Part shown: positions 1 to 11,036 of the stretch, piece after piece
Position numbering within the stretch: position 1 is the first letter of the stretch
How the letters are laid out: every line of letters starts with the position of its first letter
Source of the DNA: an uncultured Bacteroidales bacterium
Lineage (GTDB): Bacteria; Bacteroidota; Bacteroidia; Bacteroidales; UBA10428
Length of the DNA stretch: 64,000 nucleotides
Assembly: GCA_963790105.1 (NCBI GenBank)
Contig: CAWBNI010000015.1
Coordinates: 133,793 to 197,792 of the forward strand
Direction of reading: 5' to 3'
The notes under the pieces: model-generated
Databases searched by the model: none
What the model saw: only the letters and a program-made list of their open reading frames with translations
What the model was told of the DNA's origin: nothing
Translations under genes and position numbers: made by a program

Positions 1-1
1 T

Positions 2-1138
2 CTGAACTGGAACATAACTGAATTCAGTATTTTGTTGATTTTACTGTTCAACCAGATCCTGGCATCCTTTATCCTGTATTGCAGGGCGAACCTGGGCGGA
101 ATGCATCATTTCCGTGCTGACAGCATTATTTCTGTGGTTGATCGTTTTGTGGTGATTATCATTTGCGGTATTCTGCTCCTTAACCCATTAACCCGGTCTG
201 TTTTCCGGATTGAATGGCTGATTTATGCACAAACTCTTGCCTACCTCATTACTGCTTCACTTGCATTTGGTCTTGTGTTTTCAAGAGCCCATCCCATCCG
301 GTTTCGTTTCAACTACAGGTATTATCTTTCCTTCCTTCGACGCAGTTTACCTTATGCCTTGCTTATCCTGCTCATGGCAACCTACATGCGCATTGATTCG
401 GTGATGCTGGGAAAGATGCTTGAAAACGGCAAAGAGCAGGCCGGAATTTATGCGCAAAGTTTCAGGATAATTGAGATCCTGTCAAATTACGGATATCTTT
501 TCACTATTATTCTGCTTCCTGTGTTTTCACGAATGATCCAACACGGCGAATCGGTGGAGTATCTCACCCGCCTGTCATTTACGCTCCTTTTTATCCCTGC
601 CCTTGTGGTGGCGTTCGGTTGCCTGAGTTACCGGTATGATATTATCGATTTTCTTTATAATGAGCATGTCAAACATTCAGCCCGGGTATTTGGCATACTG
701 ATTTTCAGCTTCCTGGGCATTTGCATGACGTATGTTTTTGGCACCTTGCTGACCGCGAACGGCAGTCTGAAAGAACTGAACACAATGGCTGCAATAGCCG
801 TGTTTATTAATCTTCTGCTCAATTTCATCCTTATCCCGCGTTTTGGTGTGTTTGGAGCCGCAACTGCCAGCATGGTGACTCAACTTTTTACATCAGCGTA
901 CCAGGTCATCCTTGTTAAAAGGATCTTCAGGTTTAAAACCGATTATGTACTACTTGCCCGACTTGCTGTCTTCATTGCGCTGGTTGCCCTCACCAGCATA
1001 TTCATCCGGCAACTGCCCGTAAAATGGATATATTCCTTTGGACTGTTTATGATAACAGGGGCCCTGCTTTCACTTGCCACAGGACTTCTGAATCTAAAAT
1101 CCATTTTTAAGGTTGTTGTTTCAATACCCACTCCCTGA
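2..1138 (+). CDS. MOP/Wzx-type polysaccharide flippase (polysaccharide biosynthesis protein), 5'-truncated by the window edge
   Basis: The frame is open from nt 2 to the stop at 1136-1138. The translation is a continuous series of hydrophobic helices typical of the C-terminal part of Wzx/MurJ-like flippases. Confidence 0.65.
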   Translation: MNWNITEFSILLILLFNQILASFILYCRANLGGMHHFRADSIISVVDRFVVIIICGILLLNPLTRSVFRIEWLIYAQTLAYLITASLAFGLVFSRAHPIRFRFNYRYYLSFLRRSLPYALLILLMATYMRIDSVMLGKMLENGKEQAGIYAQSFRIIEILSNYGYLFTIILLPVFSRMIQHGESVEYLTRLSFTLLFIPALVVAFGCLSYRYDIIDFLYNEHVKHSARVFGILIFSFLGICMTYVFGTLLTANGSLKELNTMAAIAVFINLLLNFILIPRFGVFGAATASMVTQLFTSAYQVILVKRIFRFKTDYVLLARLAVFIALVALTSIFIRQLPVKWIYSFGLFMITGALLSLATGLLNLKSIFKVVVSIPTP

Positions 1139-1230
1139 AAGCGCCTTAATCGGTTTGACCAAAACCGGCTTCCTTTGAATTAACAGAATTAATCGGTAGT
1201 TTTGCTGGTAACTACGATGTACACAGGATT

Positions 1231-1968
1231 ATGAACCTCGTTTTTGATATTGGAAACACCCATACAAAAACCGGATTGTTTGACAGGGGCAAATTGCTGG
1301 AAAGTCAGCGCCTGGAAACAATCACACGCGACGCCCTGAAATTAATCCTTGAAAAACATTCACCCGGGGCCGTGCTTGTTTCTTCCGTCGGCAAAAATGA
1401 GAGGTCACTTTTTGATTCTGTTGGAAGGGATCTGAGAACACTGATATTTCTCGATCACACCCTTCCAATGCCCTTGAAAATAGTATATGCCACACCTGAA
1501 ACGCTGGGGCACGACAGGATAGCTGCAGCGGCAGGGGCCCGGAAACTTTTACCCGGTTCACCCTTGCTGATCATGGATCTGGGAACTGCTATTACAATTG
1601 ATTTTGTAACAGCTGGTGGTGAATTCAGGGGCGGAAATATATCGCCCGGCATGCTAACCCGTTTTAAATCATTGCATGACCACACAGCCAGGCTGCCCCT
1701 GGTAAGAAAAAATTCAAACTTCCCTGATTTCGGAACGGATACCCAGTCCGCAATTGCAGCTGGTGTTCAGCAGGGAATAATCCTTGAACTGAATGGATAT
1801 ATCCAATTGTTCGAAAGCAGATATCCGGGCTGCAAGTTCGTTATCACAGGCGGGGATGCGGATTTCTTTGTTCATAAGCTAAAAAAGCCCATATTTGCAT
1901 TTCCGGATCTGGTGCTGACCGGACTTAATCATATCCTTGAATTTAACAGCCCTGAAATCAGGCAATGA
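1231..1968 (+). CDS. coaX: type III pantothenate kinase
   Basis: 245 aa. The N-terminal MNLVFDIGNTHTKTGLF matches the CoaX/ASKHA phosphate-1 motif (DIGNT). Length and the C-terminal GGDA motif are typical. Confidence 0.9.
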   Translation: MNLVFDIGNTHTKTGLFDRGKLLESQRLETITRDALKLILEKHSPGAVLVSSVGKNERSLFDSVGRDLRTLIFLDHTLPMPLKIVYATPETLGHDRIAAAAGARKLLPGSPLLIMDLGTAITIDFVTAGGEFRGGNISPGMLTRFKSLHDHTARLPLVRKNSNFPDFGTDTQSAIAAGVQQGIILELNGYIQLFESRYPGCKFVITGGDADFFVHKLKKPIFAFPDLVLTGLNHILEFNSPEIRQ

Positions 1969-2561
1969 AAACACGTGAAATTACATGCAGGGCTATGGCA
2001 CGGTGTATTCTGCCCGTGATCATTATAATCGGGTCATTTGTTTCATGCAAAAACGACATCGAAACGATCAATGCCCTCAATAACGAAACAAAGCTTCCCG
2101 ACCAGTCAGGTTTCAACATTGAGATCACTTATACAGATTCAGGAAAAATCCAGGGCAAAATTTATGCCCTGGAAGTGAATAAGTATGACAGGGGCGAAGA
2201 ACCCTATGTTGAATTTCCCAAAGGAATGAAGGTGGTGTTTTATGATAGCCTGGAAAGACCTACTTCCTATATCAAGGCCAATTACGCCATATATTATGCA
2301 AAAAAACAGCTTTGGGAAGCCCGGAACCAGGTAGTTGCCGAAAACCAGGTGAATCATGACAAGCTTGAAACCGAACAAATGTTTTGGGATCAGAAAGAGG
2401 AAAAAATATATTCTGAGAAATTCACCCGACTTACAAATGCAGACGGCATATCCTATGGAGAGGGAGGGTTTGAATCGAGGCAGGATATGTCGAAATGGAG
2501 GCTTAAAGGCTCCAGCGGAACATTGAATGTAACCAATGATAATATTAACGGACCTGAATAA
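1965..2561 (+). CDS. LptC-like periplasmic lipoprotein (tentative)
   Basis: 198 aa. ATGA overlap with the coaX stop. Signal peptide ends in the lipobox-like FVSC. Size and beta-rich composition resemble Bacteroidota LptC/OstA-like proteins. No diagnostic motif was seen. Confidence 0.4.
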   Translation: MKTREITCRAMARCILPVIIIIGSFVSCKNDIETINALNNETKLPDQSGFNIEITYTDSGKIQGKIYALEVNKYDRGEEPYVEFPKGMKVVFYDSLERPTSYIKANYAIYYAKKQLWEARNQVVAENQVNHDKLETEQMFWDQKEEKIYSEKFTRLTNADGISYGEGGFESRQDMSKWRLKGSSGTLNVTNDNINGPE

Positions 2562-2584
2562 ATCAGTAAAGGAAGTGCACTGTT

Positions 2585-3853
2585 ATGATGAATGAGGCAT
2601 TGCTTGTAATTACCACCCTGATGCTGGCTGCTTTTTTTGCAGCCATGGAAATTGCATTTTTTGCTTCCAACAAGTTAAGGTTGCAGCTTGACCGGAAACA
2701 GGGATTGTTTTCTTCCCATATTATCGGGATATTTCAGGCCCGTTCAGGTCAGTATATTGCGACGATTCAACTGGGCAGCAATTTTGCCGTAGTAATATAT
2801 GGTATCATTATGGCACGCTGGATAGAACCAGTTCTTGGCAAATTTCTGCATACCGAATTCAGCATACTGGCTGTTCAAACCCTCATTACTACGCTGATCG
2901 TTCTTACTGTTGCTGAATTTCTGCCGAAAGCCCTGGTGAGAATAAATCCAAACCTTGCACTCCGGTTCATGTCAATTCCCCTGTTTCTTGTTTTTATTCT
3001 GTTTTACCCGATATCCTGGTTTATTCACCGGCTTTCCAATCTGATACTGAAAAGCATCCTGCGGTCGGAATCCGTAAACCAGTATGACAATATGGTTTTC
3101 GGAAAAGTCGACCTGAATCACCTTATTATTGAAAGCCAGGACAGAGGCGGAGAAAGCACAAACGAAGAAAAAGATGAAATAAAACTATTCCAGAATGCAC
3201 TTGATTTTTCCAATGTAAAAGTCAGGGATTGCATGATCCCCCGCACCGAAATTGCAGCAATAAACTACGACAGCACCGTTGAAGAACTCCGGCAGCAATT
3301 TATTGCAAGTGGCTTTTCCAAAATACTCGTTTATAAAGACAATATTGACAACATGATCGGGTATGTAACTTCGAAAGAGTTGTTTAAAAACCCGCCCACC
3401 ATTAAGTCGATGATGATGGAAATATCCTTTATTCCTGAAACTATGCAGGCGAACAAGCTCCTGAAGAAATTCATTCAGGAGCACAAGAGCATTGCCGTGG
3501 TTGTGGATGAATTCGGTGGAATTTCAGGGATGCTCACTATTGAGGACATTATGGAAGAAATCTTCGGTGAGATTGACGATGAGCATGACGTGGATGAATT
3601 CATTGAAAAGCATCCCGAAGAAGGGCAATATATTTTCTCAGGCAGGCTTGAACTTGATTATCTGAATGAAAAATATAATTTAGAACTTCCGGAATCAGAA
3701 GAATATGATACATTAGCCGGATATATTATTTATCAATATCAAAGCATCCCTAAACTAAACGACAAAATCATCGTGGGGCAATATGAATTCAGGATACTCA
3801 AGGTAAGCCGCACCCGCATTGACCTCGTGCAACTGAAATCCCTGCAACATTGA
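2585..3853 (+). CDS. CNNM/hemolysin-family protein (DUF21 membrane domain, CBS pair, CorC_HlyC domain; GldE-like)
   Basis: 422 aa. Four N-terminal TM helices, a central CBS-pair region (VRDCMIPRTEI...), and a C-terminal CorC/HlyC-type domain (GRLELDYLNEKYNL...YDTLAGYI). Confidence 0.8.
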   Translation: MMNEALLVITTLMLAAFFAAMEIAFFASNKLRLQLDRKQGLFSSHIIGIFQARSGQYIATIQLGSNFAVVIYGIIMARWIEPVLGKFLHTEFSILAVQTLITTLIVLTVAEFLPKALVRINPNLALRFMSIPLFLVFILFYPISWFIHRLSNLILKSILRSESVNQYDNMVFGKVDLNHLIIESQDRGGESTNEEKDEIKLFQNALDFSNVKVRDCMIPRTEIAAINYDSTVEELRQQFIASGFSKILVYKDNIDNMIGYVTSKELFKNPPTIKSMMMEISFIPETMQANKLLKKFIQEHKSIAVVVDEFGGISGMLTIEDIMEEIFGEIDDEHDVDEFIEKHPEEGQYIFSGRLELDYLNEKYNLELPESEEYDTLAGYIIYQYQSIPKLNDKIIVGQYEFRILKVSRTRIDLVQLKSLQH

Positions 3854-3980
3854 AAACCTTATTTTGCAGCGTATTGCCAATAATAATCACATCGCTATTT
3901 TTTTAGTTTGATTCTTTTAAAATGAGATTAATTACTATATTCGTACCCTGTTTTTTTGAACCTTTTAACCATAGTTTTAC

Positions 3981-6102
3981 ATGGCAATTTTAGAGAAATT
4001 AAGAGTCAGAGCCGGGCTTCTGCTGGCAATTGTAATAGGCCTTTCATTACTTGCATTCGTTTTGGGTGATTTTCTTAACTCGGGAGGATCTCTTTTCACC
4101 CGGTCAAAATTTGAGATCGCCGAAGTATCAGGCAAATCCATTGCCTATACTGATTATGAAACCAAGGTAAATGAACTTGAAAACATTCAGAAAATGCAGT
4201 CAGGCCAGGAAGGTCTCGACGAACAAACGGTTGACCAGATCCGCAATGTAACCTGGGAAAATATGATCCAGGATATGCTGATGGAAAAACAATATGATAA
4301 ACTCGGCCTGGATGTGTCTGATGACGAATTGAAAGATATGATCGCGGGTGAGAATCCGCATCCTGCAATTGCACAGCTCTTTACTGATCCGCAGACCGGC
4401 GTATTTAACCGTCAGGCATTCAATAGTTTTATGCAGAGGATCCAGAATGAAACGGAAGAATCAAAGGAAAAAACATTCTACCTCTATATTGAAAATGAAA
4501 TCTACAGGCAGCGCAAGTTTCAAAAATACCTGAACCTTGTAAGAAAGGGGCTTTATGCTACAACTCTGGAAACGAACTAGGCAACAGGAGGAATCCAATA
4601 GAAAGGTAGATGGCGATTACCTTGTTCAGAATTTCAATTCAATTTCCGATTCAGCCATTCAGGTTAATGAAAGTGATCTGAAAAAATATTATAGTGATAA
4701 TAAGAATCAATATAAACAGGACGAATCGAGGGATATACGTTATGTGTATTTTGAAGTAGTTCCATCTAAAGCCGACTTCAAAGCTGCAGAACAGGCGATT
4801 GAAAACCTTAGACCTGATTTTGAAAAAGCTGAGGATATTAAACAGTTTGTCAACCTCGAATCAGATGTTGCTTTTGATGAAACAAACTACAACAAAGGTG
4901 AATTACCTGACACCCTGAATGATTTTATGTTTAACGCGGAAAAAGGTGCCACATTTGGTCCCTATTTCGAGAATAACGCCTATAAAATTTCACGGTTGGC
5001 CGCTATTAATTTCCGCCCTGATTCTGTAAAAGCACGTCATATTCTGCTCAGAGCCACACAAAACTCGGCTCAGGCAGTTTACAAACAGGCCGACAGTCTG
5101 ATGACAATCATTAAGAATGGTGCCGATTTTGCCACACTGGCCATGTTATATTCTTCTGATGGTTCAGCACAAAAGGGCGGTGACCTGGGCTGGTTCAAAG
5201 AAGGTGCCATGGTAAAACCTTTCAGTGACAGCTGTTTTGAAGGCAGAAAAGGAGATGTGAAACTGGTTGCCACACAATATGGCCTGCATATAATTCAGAT
5301 CCTTGATCAGTCACCCCTGATCAAGCATGTACAGGTAGGAACACTGGTAAAAAATGTAGTTGCCGGTGAAGCAACCGATCATGAATACTACGTTAAAGCC
5401 AATGAATTTGCCGGTGTCAATAATACCTATGAGAAGTTCAACAAGGCACTTGAGACCGGAAAAGATCAGTTGAAAACGGCTGTAGCCCTTAAACTGGGGC
5501 CTATGGAGAAAAAAGTAAATGACCTGGTTCAGGCCAGGCCGCTTGTAACATGGGCCTATAAGGCTGAATTGCATGATGTAACTACCAATGTGCTGAAACT
5601 GGGAAATAAATATGTAATAGCTGCAGTTGAAAAGGTACGTGAAAAAGGGTATGCCCCTTTCGAAGAGATCCGCGCTGATATTGAAAACAAGGTAAAGCAG
5701 GAGAAAAAAGCAGAAAAAATATCCGCGTCAATTGAATCAAAAAAGAATGGTGCCAAAACACTGGATGAACTGGCTAAAAACCTTGGTGTTCAGACTCAAG
5801 CGGTTACCGAAGTCCGTTTTAACTCTTCTTCACTGGGTAATGCAGGTGTTGAACCCAATGTAATCGCTGCATTCTGTTCGCTTGAAAAAGGGAAGGTATC
5901 ACAGCCGATTGTTGGAGAGAATGGTGTGTATGTTCTTACTGTAAATGATATTGTTCAGCCAACTGAAACAGAAATCAAAGCTATGACTGAGGCATCCCGC
6001 AACAACATCATACGGGGTTATGGTGCCCGCACCAATTATTTTGCCCTGGAAGCCTTAAAAGAACTTGCCAAAATCAAAGACAACCGCCGGGAGTTTTACT
6101 AG
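3981..6102 (+). pseudogene. ppiD: PpiD-like membrane-anchored peptidyl-prolyl isomerase (SurA_N plus parvulin domain), split by one frameshift near 4560-4580
   Basis: Fragments 3981..4580 and 4555..6102 overlap in different frames. Features are an N-terminal TM anchor, SurA_N-like region and parvulin signature (ARHILL...GGDLGWFKEGAMVKPF...GLHIIQ). Combined length is about 705 aa, as expected for PpiD. Confidence 0.75.
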
Positions 6103-6130
6103 CCGACCGACAGGATAATATTAAGTGAAA

Positions 6131-6165
6131 ATTGCCGTCAGTTTAAACTGACGGCAATTTTTTTT
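6131..6165. terminator. bidirectional rho-independent terminator between convergent ppiD-like and nagB genes
   Basis: Perfect 12-bp stem ATTGCCGTCAGT / ACTGACGGCAAT (6131-6142 / 6147-6158) with a TTAA loop. It is followed by T8 on the plus strand and by TTTT on the minus strand. Confidence 0.65.
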
Positions 6166-6185
6166 CATTCAATAGGGGTCCCTCG

Positions 6186-8583
6186 TCACTTGTCACTGCT
6201 TCCCCCAAGCATTTCCTTTGCCTTCAGCAGCCTGCGCACAGGTATAAGATAATCGGTAAATTCACGGTAGCTCATATCTTTCAGGTAAATTGCCCCGTAA
6301 CTTCTGCGGAAAAGAGGATTGGTGCTGCCATAAAAGAATTCTTTACCCAGAAGGTCTATCAGGTGATTTAACTGTCCGACCCATATCTTCTGTGCCAGTT
6401 CGCTGAATGTACCGTCGAGCTCGTAGCTCGGGAAACTGGCAGATTTCTGGCTAAGGAAACAACTATTGAACATATTATGCAATACAGCAAATGAATTAAG
6501 TGATACAGGAACAATTGTACTGATTTCGGTGAGGGAATAACGTGACCAGATATTCCGGTAACCCCATATCCGGATATTCATCTCAGGATGAATGGCCACA
6601 TACCGGTCAATTGCTTCCGACAAGGCAATCAGTGTCTTGTAATGTGTATCCGGTCCGCTGCCTTCCGGGTCCAGTGCCAGCGTAATAATGGTTGGCTTTA
6701 TCTTTTCAAGCAAAGCCACAATTGGCATTACATCCTGTTCAATGTTTGGATATTCAGGAAAAATATTGGCAGAATAAAACGGCAAACGGAGATGAGATAC
6801 ATGATCCATATCAATACCAAAATAAGCCCAAACCAGTTCTGCTTCATATTCCCGTAACCATCCCTTGATCAGGTGAAAAATGGAAGGTTCTGACCTCCCG
6901 GGTTCTATCGCCTGCAATTGGGTCAGCAGTTCTCCGATATACGAGGAAAGCTTCCTGAGGTCATTTGTTTTTAAATGATTCAGAAATAACCTGGTTAGCC
7001 GGGTACTGATGTGAAAATGCTGTATATCTTCATCCTGAAGTGCAATGCCGTTCAAATATCCGGTTATATCATCCTGGGCATTGCCAAAATCAGCCAGCCT
7101 TTTTTGCTCATCGGCTATTCTGCCGCTTGCCAAAAGCATCTGAAGATTCTCAAGACGCTCTGTTACATAAAAATTAGTGACAGCAGTGAAACCGCTTGTG
7201 CAATAAACAAAGTAATTTTCATTGTTCGGTGATCTCACCAGGTGATGTAACAAAGGAAAATAAGCCAGTTCAATGTCATCATGATGCGGAGCTGTATGCA
7301 AAATCCTTTGATTGTCAGGTACATCAATTCCTTTCTGAATTTTCTCCACCAGGCTCTTGTAGGTTTCCTCGCTGAGCTTGTCGAGTGGCTTATTCCTGAT
7401 CTCACAGGCAATTCTCCACTCAGGTGTATCAACCGCTTTGGAATCACAATCAAGCCGTGAAGCTTCGATAAGTGATACCTTATTCTTATCTGAGCCCGAT
7501 ATAATGAGCTTTTCCGAATAATTAGCCGGAAGCTTTTTATCCTTATACAACTGCTTGATATTTTCCTCACTCAGGGTGAGCATGGCAGTTGCACTTTGCG
7601 TGACATAAAACCTTGCATTTTTCAATTTCTGCAGACTGGTGGCCGGGTAGGTAATTCCTGCCTCACGTTCAACAGCGTTGTATACCTGTTCCGACTTGGC
7701 CTGTCCGGCAGCAATAACGATGGCTACCGTATCCGGATTATAGGTAATTGTATCCAGGCCGATTGTGATGACGGCTTTTTTACGAACCAGCTCAATACCG
7801 CCGAGATCAGTGGCAGCAGCAGCCTGGGTTTCATAATTGATATTGGTGAGCCGGGTATGCGAATGATGGGCCGAACCTTTTACATTAAAGGCAATGTGGC
7901 CATCGGGACCAATTCCGCCCAGGAAGAAACCGATGCCTCCCCGTTTGCGGATCTCATCTTCATAATCCTGGCAAAACTGATCGAAAAGCTTTATTGTCTT
8001 CTGTTTTAACAGGTCACGCTCATTTTTGGGTTTAGTAATGCGTAAACCGAGATCAATTAATCCATCCGGAAATACCTCGTCCAGGTTATTGATTTTACCA
8101 TACTCCTTTTTAGCTTTTTCCGGTATGTCAAACGTATTGATGAGATGAACCTTCTTCGGATCGAGACCAAAACTATCGATGTAGAAATTTTTTACAAAAT
8201 AGGTAAATGACCGTTCGTGTTCGGGCTTAATCGGAAAGAATTCGTCGAGCTGGAAAAACTCAAGGGAACGCAGATCAGGCTTCAGGTTCTTATCAAGACC
8301 TATCTTTCCGAGAATACCGGTCTCCATTTCCTTTTGCCAGTTTGCCAGGTAAAATTGCACCCATTTAATAAAGAATTCCGGAGTTTTACCGGTAGGCAGT
8401 GCAATCACGCCCACCCGGGTTGAGGCCAACCCATTCAAGAAACCGAAGCGCCGTTAATTGGCCAAGTTCAATATAGTTGTCGACAATTATGGTGGAAATG
8501 CGACGATACTTACTGCTTAATGCGAAGTCCTGGTGGAGATCGTTGAAATAGGCTTCAACCTTACTTGATGCGTTGTACTTCAT
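6186..8583 (-). pseudogene. nagB: long-form glucosamine-6-phosphate deaminase (NagB domain fused to a LmbE/PIG-L-like domain), one frameshift at about 8410
   Basis: Fragments are 8386..8583 (N-terminus) and 6186..8438. NagB motif ALPTGKTPE. PIG-L-type motif HTAPHHDDIELAY in the C-terminal half. The frameshift maps to CCC at 8410-8412; removing one C restores ...NPGGVIALPTGKTPE. Confidence 0.8.
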
Positions 8584-8584
8584 A

Positions 8585-9770
8585 CTATCTTAATTTATGG
8601 TTTTGACTGCGAAGGATTTTACTTAGAATCAAGGCTGTTGCCCCCATGGCAACTGAAAATTCAGCAAATGATGAAAAGTAAATGTTTGGCATTACAAATC
8701 CCATTTCTACCATTTTTCCCGTTTTACGGGTAATTCCCGGTAAAATATAGGTTGTAAGCAATTCATGGCGGCAGGTGATTTCTCCGCCGATAACAATGAG
8801 ATTGGGATTGAGCAGTCCGGTTATTCTGGCGATCTCATCACTGATCACATCGCATATTTTATCAACGGCATAAGCTGATAGCTTGCAACCGCTGAGGGCA
8901 TAATCAGCAAGCTTCTTAAATGAAACTGCTTCAGGTTGCTGGTTATCCCGAACCAGCGGATAATTTGGTGCCGAATTTCTTGATGCTTTCACGGACAAGG
9001 GTTTGAATATCAGGCAGCGGATCAAATATCTCACCGGCTGTTCCGGCAATTCCTTCATATAAACCATTGTTTATGATCAGTCCGGCACCCAGGTTTTTTG
9101 ATTCCTTATTATAGGTGAGATAAACAATATGCTCCGGCAATTTTTCGCCAATGGGATGGTACCATGAAATGCTGAGTGCCCCGGCATTTGCATCATTCAC
9201 AAAATATACCGGTTTGCCCAATCTCCTTCTGAGCCTTTCGCCGATTTCAAGATTTCTGATCTGCAGCAGGGCGGAATACTGGATCTTTCCATTATAACTG
9301 TCAACCAGGCCGGGCATGGCAATTCCGATTCCCAGAAAAGAACGGGTGTTTAACTCCTCGTCACTTAACGTCTCGTGGATAAATTTCTCCAGCACACTTG
9401 AAACATTATCCTGTCCAATCGTAACAGAAACCGATTTTTCTCCCTGTTCATGTATTTTTCCTTCGAAATCGATCTTTACAAAACGAAGTTTACTTTTAAA
9501 AACCTCAATGCCCAGCATTACACCAATGTCGGATTTGATTTTCCACAATACGGGCTTTTTGCCGCCCTTCTGGGTTGAATCACCCGTGCGGCTGATTGTA
9601 ATAAATCCTTTGCGATCGAGGATGCGGAGAATGTATAGAATGGTGGAAGGCTGGAATCCGGTGAGCCTTGAGATCTCTGCACCTGATATTTCCCTGTGCG
9701 TGCGGATTATATTGAGAACCTGCTTGTGGCTGTTCTCAGTGAGGGAATAGAAATCCGGGCCGGATGTCAT
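8585..9770 (-). pseudogene. ROK-family transcriptional regulator (NagC/Mlc-like), one frameshift near 8950-8990
   Basis: Fragments are 8943..9770 (winged-HTH N-terminus ISGAEISRLTGFQPSTILYILRILDRKGFI plus ROK sugar-kinase fold) and 8585..9067 (C-terminus LNPNLIVIGGE). It lies directly upstream of nagB. Confidence 0.8.
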
Positions 9771-9777
9771 TTGTTAG

Positions 9778-9796
9778 TTTATTCAATGAATAAACA
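9778..9796. promoter_or_regulatory. 19-bp palindrome, candidate operator upstream of the ROK regulator
   Basis: GTTTATTCA-A-TGAATAAAC has 9-bp perfect inverted arms and ends 8 nt upstream of the ROK start codon (9770), in the divergent ROK/tdh intergenic region. Confidence 0.3.
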
Positions 9797-9958
9797 AATA
9801 TAATTCAAACCTGACCGAAAGTCAAGAAAAATCATGAAAATTTTTTTTACAGCTGTCCTTACAGGTTTGGTTAAGGTTAAAGATTGGCTAAACCTGTTAA
9901 ACATCATTTTTTTTGGCACTGCATTTACTTTAACTTCGGAGGTCAATCATTTAGCTAT

Positions 9959-10924
9959 ATGGAAAGAATATTGATCATCGGTGCTGCAGGCCAGATAGGT
10001 TCAGAATTAACCCTGGAATTGCGCCGTATATACGGTAATTCAAGCGTGTTTGCCACCGATGTGAAGGATGCCCCGGCAGATATCAAGGAAAGCGGACCGT
10101 TTCAGCTGCTGGATGTGATGGACGACAAACATCTGATTCATTTCGTGATCCGCAATAAAATAACGCAGATTTATCATCTTGCCGCCGTTTTGTCAGGCAA
10201 TGCTGAAAAACTTCCCACACAGGCCTGGCATATCAATATGAACAGCCTGATGAATATTCTTGAAGTGGCAAAACTGGTTGAGGATGTAAAAAAAGTTTTC
10301 TGGCCCAGTTCAATTGCAGTCTTTGGGAGCACCACCCCCAGGGTAATGACACCGCAACTTACTGTAATGGAACCGTCTACCGTATATGGGATCAGCAAAC
10401 TGGCCGGAGAAAGATGGTGTGAGTATTACCATAAGAGATATAATATTGATATAAGAAGCGTACGGTATCCCGGACTCATAAGTTATAAAACCGAACCGGG
10501 AGGAGGTACTACCGACTGGGCTGTGGAAATATATTTCGAGGCAGTGAGAAAAAAATGCTATACGAGTTTCATCAGTGAGGACACAGCACTTCCCATGATG
10601 TTTATGGATGATGCGATCAGTGCAACGATAAGGCTGATGGAAACCGACAAGGCGAATCTTGCATGCCATTCTTCCTATAATCTGAGCGGTCCAAGTCTTT
10701 CACCCCGGCAGGTAGCCATGGATATCCGGAAATACATCCCGGGATTTGATATCCTTTACAAACCTGATTTCCGACAGGCTATTGCTGAAAGCTGGCCTCA
10801 AAGCATCGAGGACAGTGAACTGAGGAACAGCATAATCTGGAAACCGAAATATGATCTTCCTCAAATCACGAAACGAATGCTTACCGAAATCAAAAAGAAG
10901 GAAGAAATTACAGTGAAAAACTAA
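9959..10924 (+). CDS. tdh: NAD-dependent epimerase/dehydratase-fold L-threonine 3-dehydrogenase
   Basis: I chose the in-frame ATG at 9959 (MERILIIGAAGQIGSEL, a Rossmann GxxGxxG at the N-terminus). It is an extended-SDR fold with YxxxK (YGISK) and sits directly upstream of kbl, the usual tdh-kbl pairing. Confidence 0.75.
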   Translation: MERILIIGAAGQIGSELTLELRRIYGNSSVFATDVKDAPADIKESGPFQLLDVMDDKHLIHFVIRNKITQIYHLAAVLSGNAEKLPTQAWHINMNSLMNILEVAKLVEDVKKVFWPSSIAVFGSTTPRVMTPQLTVMEPSTVYGISKLAGERWCEYYHKRYNIDIRSVRYPGLISYKTEPGGGTTDWAVEIYFEAVRKKCYTSFISEDTALPMMFMDDAISATIRLMETDKANLACHSSYNLSGPSLSPRQVAMDIRKYIPGFDILYKPDFRQAIAESWPQSIEDSELRNSIIWKPKYDLPQITKRMLTEIKKKEEITVKN

Positions 10925-10929
10925 AATAA

Positions 10930-10967
10930 GTTCTGCAGTTCTGCAGTTCTGCAGTTCTGCAGTTCAG
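10930..10967 (+). repeat. octamer tandem array (GTTCTGCA) x4.6
   Basis: TTCTGCAG occurs at 10931-38, 10939-46, 10947-54 and 10955-62, followed by TTCAG. The array starts 6 nt after the tdh stop. Confidence 0.95.
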
Positions 10968-10982
10968 ATACCTCAATTACAT

Positions 10983-11033
10983 AAATCACCTAATCACCTA
11001 ATCACTAATCATCTAATCACCTAATCACCTAAC
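10983..11033 (+). repeat. degenerate octamer tandem array (TAATCACC) x6
   Basis: AAATCACC TAATCACC TAATCAC TAATCATC TAATCACC TAATCACC TAAC. It ends 3 nt before the kbl ATG at 11037. Confidence 0.95.
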
Positions 11034-11036
11034 AAA

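Noticed and set aside
1139-1230. Possible terminator hairpin (CGGTTT-GACCA-AAACCG) after the flippase gene
   Set aside because: The stem is only 6 bp and A/T-rich, and no clear T-tract follows. That is too weak to call.
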